NCBI GenBank assembly: GCA_965229635.1
Contig: OZ245894.1
Coordinates: forward strand, 2,090,672-2,154,671
Origin: Saprospiraceae bacterium
Lineage (GTDB): Bacteria > Bacteroidota > Bacteroidia > Chitinophagales > Saprospiraceae
Direction: 5' to 3'
Length of the DNA stretch: 64,000 nucleotides
Part shown: positions 1 through 10,439 of the stretch, piece after piece
Layout: each line of letters begins with the position of its first letter
Position numbering within the stretch: position 1 is the first letter of the stretch
Notes under the pieces: model-generated
Databases searched by the model: none
What the model saw: the letters and a program-made list of their open reading frames with translations, nothing else
Told to the model about the DNA's origin: nothing
Program-made: the position numbers and the translations under genes

Positions 1-335
1 CGACTTTCCTCCCGACAATTCCCGATGCAAGACGATATCATTGGAGAGGTAGAATTGAATTTTTTTCAGTTCAGACTCGGTCCAGCGGTTTTCTTCATAA
101 AGATTTTGGGTGAAGGGGGTAAGGGTAGGACCACAGGCCGAAAAGAGCATCATCAAGCTTGAAATAGCGAAGTATTTTACTGTATTCATTGTTAGATTGT
201 TTATTGGTTTAAGAAGTAGCGTTAAGCCACTTCCGTACCAAAATAACACCATTGAAGCCAGTAAATCCAGTGTGTTAAGAGATTTTAACCCGTCTATTAA
301 CAGTATTTAACGGGGGAAGGTGGCCTTAACGGGCC

Positions 336-779
336 TTAACGTTTTCGTTGGAAGAAATTGGTCATCAGATCACGGCATTGGTCCTCTAAAAAGCCGTACT
401 CTACCTTGGTTTTGGGGTGCAGTAATCTTTTGCCAAAACGCATAAAGCCACGTTTGTCATCGGCAGCACCATAAACGAGTCGGTCGAGCTGTGCCCAGGC
501 GAGGGCTCCGGCGCACATTACGCAAGGTTCGAGGGTGACATAGAGTGTGCAATCGGTGAGGTATTTGCTGTCGAGGAAATTGGCCGCAGCCGTCAATGCC
601 ACAATTTCTGCATGTGCAGTCACATCTTTGAATTGCTCCGTGTGATTATGGCCCCGGGCAATGATCTGGTTTTGGCTGACCACCACGGCACCCACTGGAA
701 CTTCGCCCAATTCAAAAGCGCGCTGCGCTTCCTTCAGGGCCTGCTGCATGAAGTAATCATCACTGTGAACGGATAACAT
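336..779 (-). CDS. tadA: tRNA-specific adenosine deaminase (CMP/dCMP deaminase zinc motifs HAE...PCxxC); start probably at internal Met (MLSVHSDDYFMQQAL)
   Basis: HAEIVAL and PCVMCAGAL motifs, ~150 aa core; the annotated ORF extends 20 codons upstream. Confidence 0.85.
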   Translation of the reverse strand: MLSVHSDDYFMQQALKEAQRAFELGEVPVGAVVVSQNQIIARGHNHTEQFKDVTAHAEIVALTAAANFLDSKYLTDCTLYVTLEPCVMCAGALAWAQLDRLVYGAADDKRGFMRFGKRLLHPKTKVEYGFLEDQCRDLMTNFFQRKR

Positions 780-857
780 AGGTGCAAAAATGAAAATAGG
801 AATCGGTTTTTGCAAGTGCCAACCGATTCCTATTTTCAAGGATTTTAAATTCCGGGC

Positions 858-2195
858 TTAGTTACAGCCCAAATCTTGCTTTGACTCGGGGTCGTTATTG
901 GGGAAGCAATTTCCGGAAAGCACCTCCTCGGGAACAAAGCGCTGCAGATTTGGATCGTGCAGTCCATCGCTGAGGAAGGCAACGAGCTGCTGAATTTCTA
1001 CAATGCTCATATCCAGTGGATGGAAAAAAGGAGAAATTTGCTCAGAAGGAACCCTTGGATTTTCCGGTTCCGCCTTATTGAAATAATCAACAACTCCCCA
1101 CAAGGTATTCTTGCTGCTTCCGTGGAAGTAGAAAGGCGAGTCCTTCATATTGTATAGCTGTGGGACCTTGAATTTATACATGTCCTCTGCCTTGCCGGTA
1201 AAGCCACCACGTCCGAAGTTGCGAATATCGTTTGGACCAGTATTTAATGCATCAACATCACAAAGGTCTCCCACGCCCAGTGCATGAAACTCCACGGAAC
1301 TCATTGCAGGACCCTTATGGCAGCGGTAGCATCCCGCTTTACCATAAAACAACAACGCTCCCTGCTTTTCCATTTCGGTCATCGCCTCATAATCTCCTTT
1401 TACCCATTTTTGGAAAGGTGCCTCGGTGGGCAATAGGGTGCGGAGGTAAGCAGAAAGCGCAAAGCTGGTAGTAACAGCGCCATAGCGTTCTTCCGGAGCA
1501 AAATCAGGAAATGCCTCATCAAACATGCTGCGGTAGCCCAGCGTGTCCAAAACATACTCGTCAATGCGCATCCGATGTAGATCCAGGCCTTCTATATTTT
1601 GGCTTTCAAGCCCTTGAAATCCATGATGGTTAGCCTCCGTGGTTTCATCTTCCGGTGTACCCCAGAGGTGTTCCGTGCCCTCATTAACATGAGTGGAGCC
1701 GAACTTGCCACTCCAGGTAGAATTGGTAACAAAGGCTACATTAAGCATGCTCAGGGCACGAGCGCCCTGTACGTCAAGTTCATCCTCGCCGTAAGTCATA
1801 TCCTGAGAGCGAAATTCTCCATTTTCACCAAAACCGGTACCGCCGTCGGCAATACCCTGTTTGCGTCCGGGCATAAATCCTGCGGACGGGACGTGACAAG
1901 AACTACACGAGTAGGTGCCTTTGCCTTGTTCGTATTTCGAGTCGCGAGCGATGCCCGTTTCAAAAAAAAGCATTTTGCCCAGTGCCACCTTTTCGGGTGT
2001 TAGTGGGTTTTGCGGATCTTGTGGAATATCGGCAAGATTATCACTTTCGGGAAGCTCAAAGTAATCGCGGTCACCGGTGGGTGCAATTCGCTTTAAGGTT
2101 TTATCGAGCGCGATATCTAAGGGGTCGATCAATCGATCCTTTGTACAAGCAAAAAACAAAACCCCCAGTAAAAACAGTAGTAGATTTTTTTTCAT
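858..2195 (-). CDS. di-haem cytochrome c peroxidase family protein, lipoprotein signal
   Basis: two CxxCH haem motifs (CSSCH, CYRCH), N-terminal signal peptide with Cys, length ~445 aa typical of CCP/MauG family. Confidence 0.8.
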   Translation of the reverse strand: MKKNLLLFLLGVLFFACTKDRLIDPLDIALDKTLKRIAPTGDRDYFELPESDNLADIPQDPQNPLTPEKVALGKMLFFETGIARDSKYEQGKGTYSCSSCHVPSAGFMPGRKQGIADGGTGFGENGEFRSQDMTYGEDELDVQGARALSMLNVAFVTNSTWSGKFGSTHVNEGTEHLWGTPEDETTEANHHGFQGLESQNIEGLDLHRMRIDEYVLDTLGYRSMFDEAFPDFAPEERYGAVTTSFALSAYLRTLLPTEAPFQKWVKGDYEAMTEMEKQGALLFYGKAGCYRCHKGPAMSSVEFHALGVGDLCDVDALNTGPNDIRNFGRGGFTGKAEDMYKFKVPQLYNMKDSPFYFHGSSKNTLWGVVDYFNKAEPENPRVPSEQISPFFHPLDMSIVEIQQLVAFLSDGLHDPNLQRFVPEEVLSGNCFPNNDPESKQDLGCN

Positions 2196-2499
2196 GAGAC
2201 TTATTTATGTTCCGGGATCTCCATAATTACCAGATTAAACAAATTCGCTACAAACGTCAAAAGCATAAGCACCTGAGCAATAAGGCGGCTTCTGAAGGGA
2301 CGAAAAAATTTGCCTGATCTCGTGAAGTAAAGTAATTAGTGGTAGTAGTAAACAGCTCTGAGGACTCTATGCGACACAAAAATAAAGGATCGCGGGCAAT
2401 TTTTCAAACTCTTTTAGATGATTAATTTCATTGCATTTCCATTTTGGTAGTACGATTTTTTTGTTAAAAGGTTCTGTAAACCGCAAATTCTTTTTGCCT

Positions 2500-2535
2500 G
2501 ACAAAAAAAATGCAGGCCCGAAGACCTGCACTGGC
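2500..2535 (-). terminator. putative intrinsic terminator downstream of the TonB-receptor/DUF4249 operon
   Basis: hairpin tgcagg-N8-cctgca followed on minus strand by T8 run. Confidence 0.45.
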
Positions 2536-2650
2536 GGGCTTTCGCCCAATATGTAGATTGATTGTTTAAGTAAAAAAGGGATGAATTTTTAATTCGGGTG
2601 ATTAATTTAAGGCATCAGGTGTCGGAACTTTTTTGAGCTTTATTTGAATC

Positions 2651-3496
2651 TTATTTTTCCACAGGGTATGTTTCTTCGTTATACAGTGCAAAAATACCCA
2701 GCCCCTGATCAAAATTGGTCAGTAGCCCCACGGGTTCCGCAAAGGGGTCGTCCTGGGCATAAATATGTCCGGTAACGGATTTCAGATAAAGGAATCTTTC
2801 CTTGGTGATATTGCGCCAAACGAGTTTAAACTCGACTTCTTCATTGCTGTAATAGCCATAAAATTTAGGGCTCAGCGTGTAGGATTGGCCGTTAAAAAGC
2901 TGGTCACTGACCACCAATACATCACTGTACACGGTGCTGATGCCCTGGCTATTGTTTTCGGCAGGATATACAAAATACACCTGATCGGGGTTGTTAATGG
3001 GGTCCTGATAAACGAGCAACACTATCTCGTAGTAGTTTTCTTCCTCCGCCGGATCATCGATGGAGATCTGTAACACATCTACTTCATCGCCAAACTCATC
3101 AATGCCACCATTTTCCTTATAAACCGCCTTTTTGACGGGCACGTGTTGTGGCATCTTTTGGGTAGCCTGCATGGTCTCAAATTCGGGGTGGGTTACTTTC
3201 AACGTATATTCCTGGCCATTTTTTAAGGGTTCCGTAAAAGGGACAATGGCATTGCCATCGACAGAGAACAGCAGTTGACTTCCCTCGTAAAGTTCAACGG
3301 TGGCATCAGCCAGTGGTTCCGGATTGCCGTTTTCCAATAGTCCCACGGTAGTGGAAACCGCCGTAGAAAAGCTTTCTGTATTGGGATAGCAGTGTACCAC
3401 CATTTGTTTTTCGTAGTCGGGTAGTTCCGCATCAACGGTCAATTCGCAGGCGGAAAAAGTAAGGATTGCTATCAAAAAGAAAAATAGATTTTTCAT
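2651..3496 (-). CDS. DUF4249-family lipoprotein (TonB-dependent receptor partner)
   Basis: lipoprotein signal MKNLFFFLIAILTFSAC, size and position immediately 3' of a SusC-like receptor, paralogous to 9549..10436. Confidence 0.6.
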   Translation of the reverse strand: MKNLFFFLIAILTFSACELTVDAELPDYEKQMVVHCYPNTESFSTAVSTTVGLLENGNPEPLADATVELYEGSQLLFSVDGNAIVPFTEPLKNGQEYTLKVTHPEFETMQATQKMPQHVPVKKAVYKENGGIDEFGDEVDVLQISIDDPAEEENYYEIVLLVYQDPINNPDQVYFVYPAENNSQGISTVYSDVLVVSDQLFNGQSYTLSPKFYGYYSNEEVEFKLVWRNITKERFLYLKSVTGHIYAQDDPFAEPVGLLTNFDQGLGIFALYNEETYPVEK

Positions 3497-3515
3497 GATG
3501 CTTGATTTAGAATAA

Positions 3516-5906
3516 TTAAAATTCAAACTTGTAGGCAATGGCCGGAATCACCGGGAACAAACTTACTTGCTTGAGTTTACGCTTGGGCTCGCCTCCGGGG
3601 TTATACTCGTTGTCTACATACAGGAAAAATGGATTTTGTCTGGAATAGGCGTTGTATACGCCAAACGACCAGGTGCGGGTACCCCACTTCTTTTCTTTGA
3701 TGAAGTCAACATTCAGATCCAGACGGTGATAAGCCCTCATACGATAGTTATTGCGATTTTCATAGTGTTGTACCTGGTAGTTGTAGAAGCCATCCAGCGG
3801 CCGTGGTAACTGAGAGTCGTAGCGCGAATATCCAAGGGTGATGGCGTTTCCGGTACCGTATACCCAGGCTCCGGAAAGCTGTATACGATCAGAGAGCTTG
3901 TAGGTGGCCACCACACTGAAATCGTGGCGACGGTCGTACTTGTAGGGGAATTGTTCACCAAAATTAATGTCGTCAAATTGCCTCCAGGCCCAGGCCAGCG
4001 TATAGCCGATCCAACCGGTCAGACGTCCCTTCTTTTTCTGGATGAATAACTCTGCACCGTATGCTTCACCATCGCCCTGGGTAATATCATTTTCCCAATC
4101 ACCAAATTGTAGTAGGCTGGAGCCTTCCTTGTAGGAAACTACGCGCTTCATTTGTTTGTAGTACCCTTCCAGGCTCACCTCGTATTTGCCGCCAAAGGTC
4201 TTGGCCAGTCCGGCTGCGACCTGCCAGCTATCTTGTGGTTTTACATTGTTAGTGGTTGGCACCCACAAATCAGTAGGCAGTCCGATCCCTTCATTACTCA
4301 GTAAGTGGATGTACTGTCGCATTTGGGCGTAAGACCCCTTGAGGGCAATGCCGTTGGGCAATAGGTAGCGGGCACTGATCCTGGGTTGAAGAGAGGTATA
4401 CCAGCTGTCTTCTACATTGAAGGCAGAGAAATGTAGACCCGCATTGATCTTCATGTTGTCACCGATTTTGAATTCATCCTCAGCGTAAGCCGCAAATTCC
4501 CAGCCAAACACTCTGTTGTTGCCAAAGGTAGTGTCGATATTGATGTTTTCACTATCAATAATGGTCTTGCTGTTGAATTTTCCGGGGTTGAAGGTGTGGT
4601 AGGTGCCACCTACGCCGAAGCGGATAAAGTGATTGGGCGTTGGCACGTAGTCAAAATCAATCTTGGCACCAAGGTCGTGAATGCCGGCAAAGTAGTCGAT
4701 GCCGTAGATTTCCGTCTCACGCATACCATTCTCCATATAGTTGCTTTCCTCTTCGGCTTTGGTGTCAAACTTGTAGCGGCTGTACGTCACGGTGGTATTG
4801 CTGAACAACTTTTTGCCAAACAAGTGGTTCCAGCGCAGGGCAGTGGTCAGATTGCCCCAACCGAGTCCGGCTTTAGTGGCATACCCGTAATCAGGGTCTT
4901 TGTCGCGTTCGCGGAAATAGAACTTGTCGCGGCCGGTATAGGCACTCAGATACAGGCGGTCTGCATTGCTGAATTTGTAGTTGACCTTGGCGTTGAAGTC
5001 GTGGAAAAAATAACCGGCATCGCCCTGTGATCCATAGGAGCTGAAAGAGCTTTTGATAAACGGTTTGGCCAAAATATCAATATACGTACGGCGACCGGAG
5101 AGCAGGATCGACGCCTTGTCTTTAATCAGTGGGCCTTCTACGGTAAGGCGGGAGGCAACGGTGCTGATGGAGCCGGCACCGTGCCATTCCTTCATGTTGC
5201 CCTCTTTCATGTTGATTTCCAGTACGGAAGACAAGCGACCGCCGTAGCGGGCCGGGAAACCGCCTTTTACCAAATTCACATCTTTAAGCGCGTCAGAGTT
5301 GAATACAGAGAAAAATCCGAATAAGTGAGAGGCGTTGTAAACGGGTACCCCATCCAGTAAAATCAGGTTTTGATCGGGGCTTCCTCCACGCACGTAGAGT
5401 CCGCTTTGACCCTCACTTCCGGATTGCACACCAGGGAGCAGTTGCAGGGTTTTCAACACATCATTTTCACCGAGAAACGCGGGTAATTTTTTGATTTGTT
5501 CGACCGGTACACCAATCCGGCTCATTTGTACCTGTTCTTCCACCCGTTCTATCGCTTCAGCCGTTACTTCTACGGCTTCCAGAGTAATGTCGGAGTTTAG
5601 TTCAATGTTGAATTCCATGTCTTTATTCAGGTAGAGCGCGCGCTCCCACGTCTGAAATCCAACGTAGGATGCGGATAGCTGCACGGAATCCACAGGAAGG
5701 GTAAGGCTAAAAAAACCGTAGGTATTGGTAGAGCTGCCTTTCATGCTTTTGAGGTCATACACGTGTACCCCCATCAGTTTTTCACCAGTTTGAGCATCGG
5801 TGACATAGCCGGAGATGGAATATTTTTCCTGGCCCTGGGCTTGTATGCGCGAGAGTACACCTCCGAGGAGAAAGATCATTGAGAGCGCAAGTACGAAACG
5901 GTTCAT
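3516..5906 (-). CDS. SusC/RagA-like TonB-dependent outer-membrane receptor (CarboxypepD_reg + plug + barrel), C-terminal Phe
   Basis: signal peptide, N-terminal carboxypeptidase-regulatory-like domain, plug motifs, terminal ...AYKFEF; start taken at MNRFVLAL. Confidence 0.85.
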   Translation of the reverse strand: MNRFVLALSMIFLLGGVLSRIQAQGQEKYSISGYVTDAQTGEKLMGVHVYDLKSMKGSSTNTYGFFSLTLPVDSVQLSASYVGFQTWERALYLNKDMEFNIELNSDITLEAVEVTAEAIERVEEQVQMSRIGVPVEQIKKLPAFLGENDVLKTLQLLPGVQSGSEGQSGLYVRGGSPDQNLILLDGVPVYNASHLFGFFSVFNSDALKDVNLVKGGFPARYGGRLSSVLEINMKEGNMKEWHGAGSISTVASRLTVEGPLIKDKASILLSGRRTYIDILAKPFIKSSFSSYGSQGDAGYFFHDFNAKVNYKFSNADRLYLSAYTGRDKFYFRERDKDPDYGYATKAGLGWGNLTTALRWNHLFGKKLFSNTTVTYSRYKFDTKAEEESNYMENGMRETEIYGIDYFAGIHDLGAKIDFDYVPTPNHFIRFGVGGTYHTFNPGKFNSKTIIDSENINIDTTFGNNRVFGWEFAAYAEDEFKIGDNMKINAGLHFSAFNVEDSWYTSLQPRISARYLLPNGIALKGSYAQMRQYIHLLSNEGIGLPTDLWVPTTNNVKPQDSWQVAAGLAKTFGGKYEVSLEGYYKQMKRVVSYKEGSSLLQFGDWENDITQGDGEAYGAELFIQKKKGRLTGWIGYTLAWAWRQFDDINFGEQFPYKYDRRHDFSVVATYKLSDRIQLSGAWVYGTGNAITLGYSRYDSQLPRPLDGFYNYQVQHYENRNNYRMRAYHRLDLNVDFIKEKKWGTRTWSFGVYNAYSRQNPFFLYVDNEYNPGGEPKRKLKQVSLFPVIPAIAYKFEF

Positions 5907-6161
5907 GTTCGTGAGTTTAGAGTGATTAATTTTTCTAAGAATCATTTCTTGTTCGTACTCTAATACCACATTCTGAAAAAGTACCCCCAAAAGGATTTGA
6001 AGTTTTTTTTGGTGGGCTCATTTTTAGCAGAAAGGGGGATTATTTTGCAAACTTGAGATGATCCTTTTGCGATAAGCGGACGATTCGCTATTTTCAGGGT
6101 TATTCGTAATCGAGGAGGTGTTTTCCGCAAGGATATTCACTTCTTCAGGAACAAAAAATTT

Positions 6162-9100
6162 ATGGTGAAACTAGTAACAAAGCTGACGGGATTGTGCCTG
6201 ATCCTGCTTCTGGCAATGCCCTTTCCAATGCAGGCACAAAAGAAAAAGAAAAAAGAGGACAAGCAGGAAGAAACGGCCAAACAGCCGTTGGATAATCTTT
6301 CGTTGTCCGGCTTAAAATTCCGGTCCATCGGGCCGGCACTTACTTCGGGACGTATTTCAGACTTTGCCATACATCCCGAAAATCCCTACATCTACTACGT
6401 AGCAACTTCTTCCGGAGGGGTTTGGAAAACCGATAATTTCGGAACAACCTTTACCCCCATTTTTGACAGCCAGGGATCTTATTCCATCGGTTGTGTCACC
6501 ATCGACCCCAACAATCCGAATGTGGTATGGGTGGGAACCGGTGAAAACAACAACCAGCGAAGTGTGGCTTACGGTGATGGCATCTACAAATCATTGGATG
6601 GCGGCAAAAGCTGGAAGCACATGGGACTGAAAAATTCCGAGCACATTGGCAAGATCATTGTTGATCCTACCAATTCCGATGTGGTCTACGTAGCCGCCAT
6701 CGGGCCGGTATGGAATTCAGGCGGTGATCGGGGTGTGTACAAAACCACCGATGGCGGAACAACCTGGGAAGCAGTCCTGACCGTTGACGAACACACCGGG
6801 GTAACCGATCTGGTGATGGACCCGCGGAATCCGGAGGTGTTGTATGCCTCAGCTTTCCAGCGGCAAAGGCACGTGTTTACCTACCTGGGTGGAGGTCCTG
6901 GTTCAGGACTATACAAATCAACAGATGGTGGAAAAAACTGGGAGAAGATCAATAAAGGCTTACCGAGTGTTGATTTGGGACGCATTGGCCTGGCCATTTC
7001 TCCGGCCGATCCCGAAGTCATCTACGCCATCGTGGAAGCGGCACAAGGAAAAAGTGGCTTCTACCGGTCTACCAATCGCGGAGCCAGCTGGGAAAAAAGA
7101 GGAGGTTATTCCACCAGTGGCAACTACTATCAGGAAATCGTTGCCGACCCTAAAAACCCCGATTTGGTGTACGCCATGGATACCTGGATGCACGTGAGCA
7201 AAGATGGCGGCCAGTCTTTTTCCATTGTAGGCGAAGATTACAAACACGTGGACAACCACTGCATGTGGATTGATCCCAACAACACCGCCCACTGGCTGGT
7301 AGGTTGTGACGGCGGAATCTACGAAACCTGGGATGCTGCGGCTACCTGGGATTTTAAAGCCAACTTGCCGGTGACCCAATTTTATAAGGTAGCAGTTGAC
7401 AACGATCTTCCATTTTATAACATCTATGGCGGTACCCAGGATAACTTCAGTCTGGGTGGCCCTTCCCGTACGGTGACCAATCACGGCATTACCAACCGCG
7501 AGTGGTTCATTACCCACGGTGGTGATGGGTTTGAATCGCAAGTGGACCCGGAAAATCCGGATATCATCTATGCACAATCCCAGTATGGAGTACTGGTGCG
7601 CTATGATCGGAAGAGTGGGGAAGAGGTAGGCATTCAGCCCAAGGAACGCAAAGATGAAGATGGCTACCGCTGGAACTGGGACGCACCATTGGCGGTAAGC
7701 CCACACCAGTCGGGACGGGTGTATTTTGCGGCCAATAAGGTCTTCCGGTCTGATGATTATGGGAATAGCTGGGAGGTAATCAGTGACGACCTCACGCGCC
7801 AGATCAACCGCAACGAACTCGAAATTATGGGCCGGGTGTGGAGCATCGACGCGGTAGCTAAAAATGGTTCAACTTCTCCTTACGGAACGATTGTGGCGTT
7901 TTCCGAATCACCGATCAATGCCAATTTGCTGATTGTGGGTACCGATGACGGTCTGATCCAGATCACCGAGAATGGAGGAGAAAGCTGGCGCAAAGTGGAC
8001 AACATTGCCGGTGTGCCGGAACGCACTTATGTGAATGCGGTATACGCTTCTCAGCACGATGAAAATGTAATGTACGCCGCCTTTAATCACCACAAATACG
8101 GTGATTTCAAACCCTATATCTACAAGAGTACCGACAAGGGAAATACGTGGACCAAGATCAGTAATAACCTGCCAGAACGTGGTAGCGTCTATTCCATTGA
8201 GGAAGATCACGTAGATAAAGACCTGATTTTCTGCGGAACGGAATTTGGGGTCTTTTTCTCTCCCAACGCCGGTGGTCACTGGAAGCAACTGGGAGCAGGC
8301 GTGCCGACCATTGCCGTTCGCGATTTGGCTATTCAGCGCCGCGAAAATGATTTGGTACTGGGCACATTCGGTCGGGGCTTCTATGTGTTGGACGATTACA
8401 CCCCACTGAGAAATGTAGGGGTAGATACCATTGCCGAACCTCAGCTCTATGCCGTACGGGAAGCGTTGATGTTTGAAAAGAGTTTGCCGTTGGGACTACC
8501 GGGTAAGGCGTTCCAGGGAGATAGTTATTATACCGGTGATAATCTGGGGCCGGTGGCGCTGATTACCTACTACATGCCAGAAGGTATTGAAACGCCCCGC
8601 GATGAGCGTCGGGAGGAAGAAGCGAAGGCCGCGAAAAAAGGAGAAGACAATGCTTACCCGAGCTACGAAGCATTAAAGAAAGAGAATGAAACCTTTGATC
8701 CGGCGCTCGTATTTACCATCCGCGACAGCGAAGGTACGGTGGTGCGGAAGTTAGAGCGACCTGCTTCAAAGGGACTGCAAAGAATGGAATGGGATCTGCG
8801 CTACGCGGCCAAGGATCCGATCAATTTGAATGGCCCAAGCTTTTACAACCCATTTGCCAGTGCATCAGAAGGTACTTTGGTGAAGCCCGGGGCCTACACG
8901 ATCACCATGAGTACTTATGTAGATGGGGAATATAAAGATGTAGCCGATCCGGTAACGGTTAATGTAAAAGCGCTTAAGAATACAGTGTTGCCGGCTGATG
9001 ATCGCCTTGCCAAGGTGGACTTTCAGCGGCAGGTGGATGAATTGGCTCGCTCTATTGAAGGAGCGCAGCACATGATCCGTGAGGTGAACAACAAACTGCG

Positions 9101-9479
9101 TCACATCCGTGAAGCCATCAAGTTGGTAGAAAAGCCCATGACTGAGCTTACGGCTTCCGCCAATAAGATAGAACGGGAGATCGATGACATCAGTCAACGG
9201 TTGAATGGTGATCCGGTTAAGGCTCGCCTCGACATTGATGCGCCGCCCACTCCGGGAGGTCGCATTGGCTGGATTGCCTATGAGCAAAAGTACTCCACCT
9301 CAGCTCCAACCAAAACACATCGCGACAGCTATGCGATCGCCAAGGAAGAGTTTGAACCGATTTTGAAAGACCTTCGCAAATTGGTAGAACAGGATTTGTC
9401 TCAACTTGAACAGAAACTGGAAGATGCCGATGCGCCCTATACACCGGGCCGTGCCATTCGTATGATTAATCGGCATTAA
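6162..9479 (+). CDS. secreted BNR/Asp-box repeat protein with sortilin/VPS10-like beta-propeller and C-terminal coiled coil
   Basis: repeated SxDxGxTW Asp-box motifs (SLDGGKSWKH, TTDGGTTWEA, STDGGKNWEK...), signal peptide, 1105 aa. Confidence 0.7.
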   Translation: MVKLVTKLTGLCLILLLAMPFPMQAQKKKKKEDKQEETAKQPLDNLSLSGLKFRSIGPALTSGRISDFAIHPENPYIYYVATSSGGVWKTDNFGTTFTPIFDSQGSYSIGCVTIDPNNPNVVWVGTGENNNQRSVAYGDGIYKSLDGGKSWKHMGLKNSEHIGKIIVDPTNSDVVYVAAIGPVWNSGGDRGVYKTTDGGTTWEAVLTVDEHTGVTDLVMDPRNPEVLYASAFQRQRHVFTYLGGGPGSGLYKSTDGGKNWEKINKGLPSVDLGRIGLAISPADPEVIYAIVEAAQGKSGFYRSTNRGASWEKRGGYSTSGNYYQEIVADPKNPDLVYAMDTWMHVSKDGGQSFSIVGEDYKHVDNHCMWIDPNNTAHWLVGCDGGIYETWDAAATWDFKANLPVTQFYKVAVDNDLPFYNIYGGTQDNFSLGGPSRTVTNHGITNREWFITHGGDGFESQVDPENPDIIYAQSQYGVLVRYDRKSGEEVGIQPKERKDEDGYRWNWDAPLAVSPHQSGRVYFAANKVFRSDDYGNSWEVISDDLTRQINRNELEIMGRVWSIDAVAKNGSTSPYGTIVAFSESPINANLLIVGTDDGLIQITENGGESWRKVDNIAGVPERTYVNAVYASQHDENVMYAAFNHHKYGDFKPYIYKSTDKGNTWTKISNNLPERGSVYSIEEDHVDKDLIFCGTEFGVFFSPNAGGHWKQLGAGVPTIAVRDLAIQRRENDLVLGTFGRGFYVLDDYTPLRNVGVDTIAEPQLYAVREALMFEKSLPLGLPGKAFQGDSYYTGDNLGPVALITYYMPEGIETPRDERREEEAKAAKKGEDNAYPSYEALKKENETFDPALVFTIRDSEGTVVRKLERPASKGLQRMEWDLRYAAKDPINLNGPSFYNPFASASEGTLVKPGAYTITMSTYVDGEYKDVADPVTVNVKALKNTVLPADDRLAKVDFQRQVDELARSIEGAQHMIREVNNKLRHIREAIKLVEKPMTELTASANKIEREIDDISQRLNGDPVKARLDIDAPPTPGGRIGWIAYEQKYSTSAPTKTHRDSYAIAKEEFEPILKDLRKLVEQDLSQLEQKLEDADAPYTPGRAIRMINRH

Positions 9480-9548
9480 GCGGGAAATAACGCTCTGTTG
9501 GAAGGAGTGGACCACGCTCGTGCTTCATTCCTTCCAACCACTCCGTTC

Positions 9549-10436
9549 CTAATCCACATCGTAATTCCTTTCCAATCGTAGTGAAAAGACCCCAAATCCC
9601 CGATCAAAATTGGAATAGGCGGGACTAGGGTCAACAATTGGCTCCAGTTCAATCTCTATCGGTGAATAGAGGGATTGTAAGTGAAAATATTCTGGCGTGT
9701 CCAGAAATCGAACCTGTACGTAGGCATTTTCCGAGGGAGGCTGATTGTTGCCGCTAAAGGATCGAAAACGCAGGGACACCCGTTGACCATTGAACGCTTC
9801 ATCACTTAGCGTCACGCTCTTGTTATTTTGAATTGATTCTACTTCGGGCATATCCGGAGCGATAATGTCAACCAATTGCATAGTCGTGAGTGCTAGATCA
9901 CCGGTACCAAAGGGATCATTAAAAAAAGAAAAAGTATAGAGGTTTGTCTCTTCAACCGGATCTTCAAAAGTGATTTCAATTCCATGTGAAATCAGCTCAT
10001 TATTGCGAGAATAAAAGTTTTGGATCGCCTTTATTTCCTCTATTTCAACTTCTGCCGGAAGTGTTGATCTAGCCTCACTGGTACCAAACTCCGGGTGTTC
10101 TGCTCGTATCAGGTAGCTTTGTCCGGTGACACCAAACGGTATTATAGAGGCTGCATAGATCGGTGATTCATCTCCGGGGGAGAAGGACGCAATCAATTCT
10201 GATCCGTCCCAAAGCGTTACCGTAGCCGGGGTTTCCAGAAGTGTTTCTTCAAGACTCAGATCCTCTTTTAATCCGGCAGTTCGATTGACAAAAACTGTAG
10301 AAACGGAGTCGTTGGGATTGATGAATCCATAGATTACCAGGTCTTGCTGCCGCGGAGGCAGATCAACAGTAAGATCCGTTGAACAGGATGCTAAAAGGAT
10401 GATACAAAGGGTGGAGAGCAATAAAAAGGTTCTCAT
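9549..10436 (-). CDS. DUF4249-family lipoprotein
   Basis: lipoprotein signal MRTFLLLSTLCIILLASC, paralog of 2651..3496, directly 3' of TonB receptor. Confidence 0.6.
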   Translation of the reverse strand: MRTFLLLSTLCIILLASCSTDLTVDLPPRQQDLVIYGFINPNDSVSTVFVNRTAGLKEDLSLEETLLETPATVTLWDGSELIASFSPGDESPIYAASIIPFGVTGQSYLIRAEHPEFGTSEARSTLPAEVEIEEIKAIQNFYSRNNELISHGIEITFEDPVEETNLYTFSFFNDPFGTGDLALTTMQLVDIIAPDMPEVESIQNNKSVTLSDEAFNGQRVSLRFRSFSGNNQPPSENAYVQVRFLDTPEYFHLQSLYSPIEIELEPIVDPSPAYSNFDRGFGVFSLRLERNYDVD

Positions 10437-10439
10437 CTG

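Noticed and set aside
66-189. 40-aa lipoprotein-like ORF (MNTVKYFAISSLMMLFSAC...) on the minus strand at the window edge, plus a possible minus-strand gene start at position 41 running off the window
   Set aside because: Too short and truncated by the window edge to support. It could be a frameshifted lipoprotein gene.
4596-5030. Various 60-250-aa ORFs antisense to or within the TonB receptors, metH, ftsK and others (e.g. 4596..5030, 6960..7706, 15380..15895, 37267..38205, 60897..61436)
   Set aside because: They lie entirely within confidently assigned genes on the opposite strand and have no recognisable motifs.
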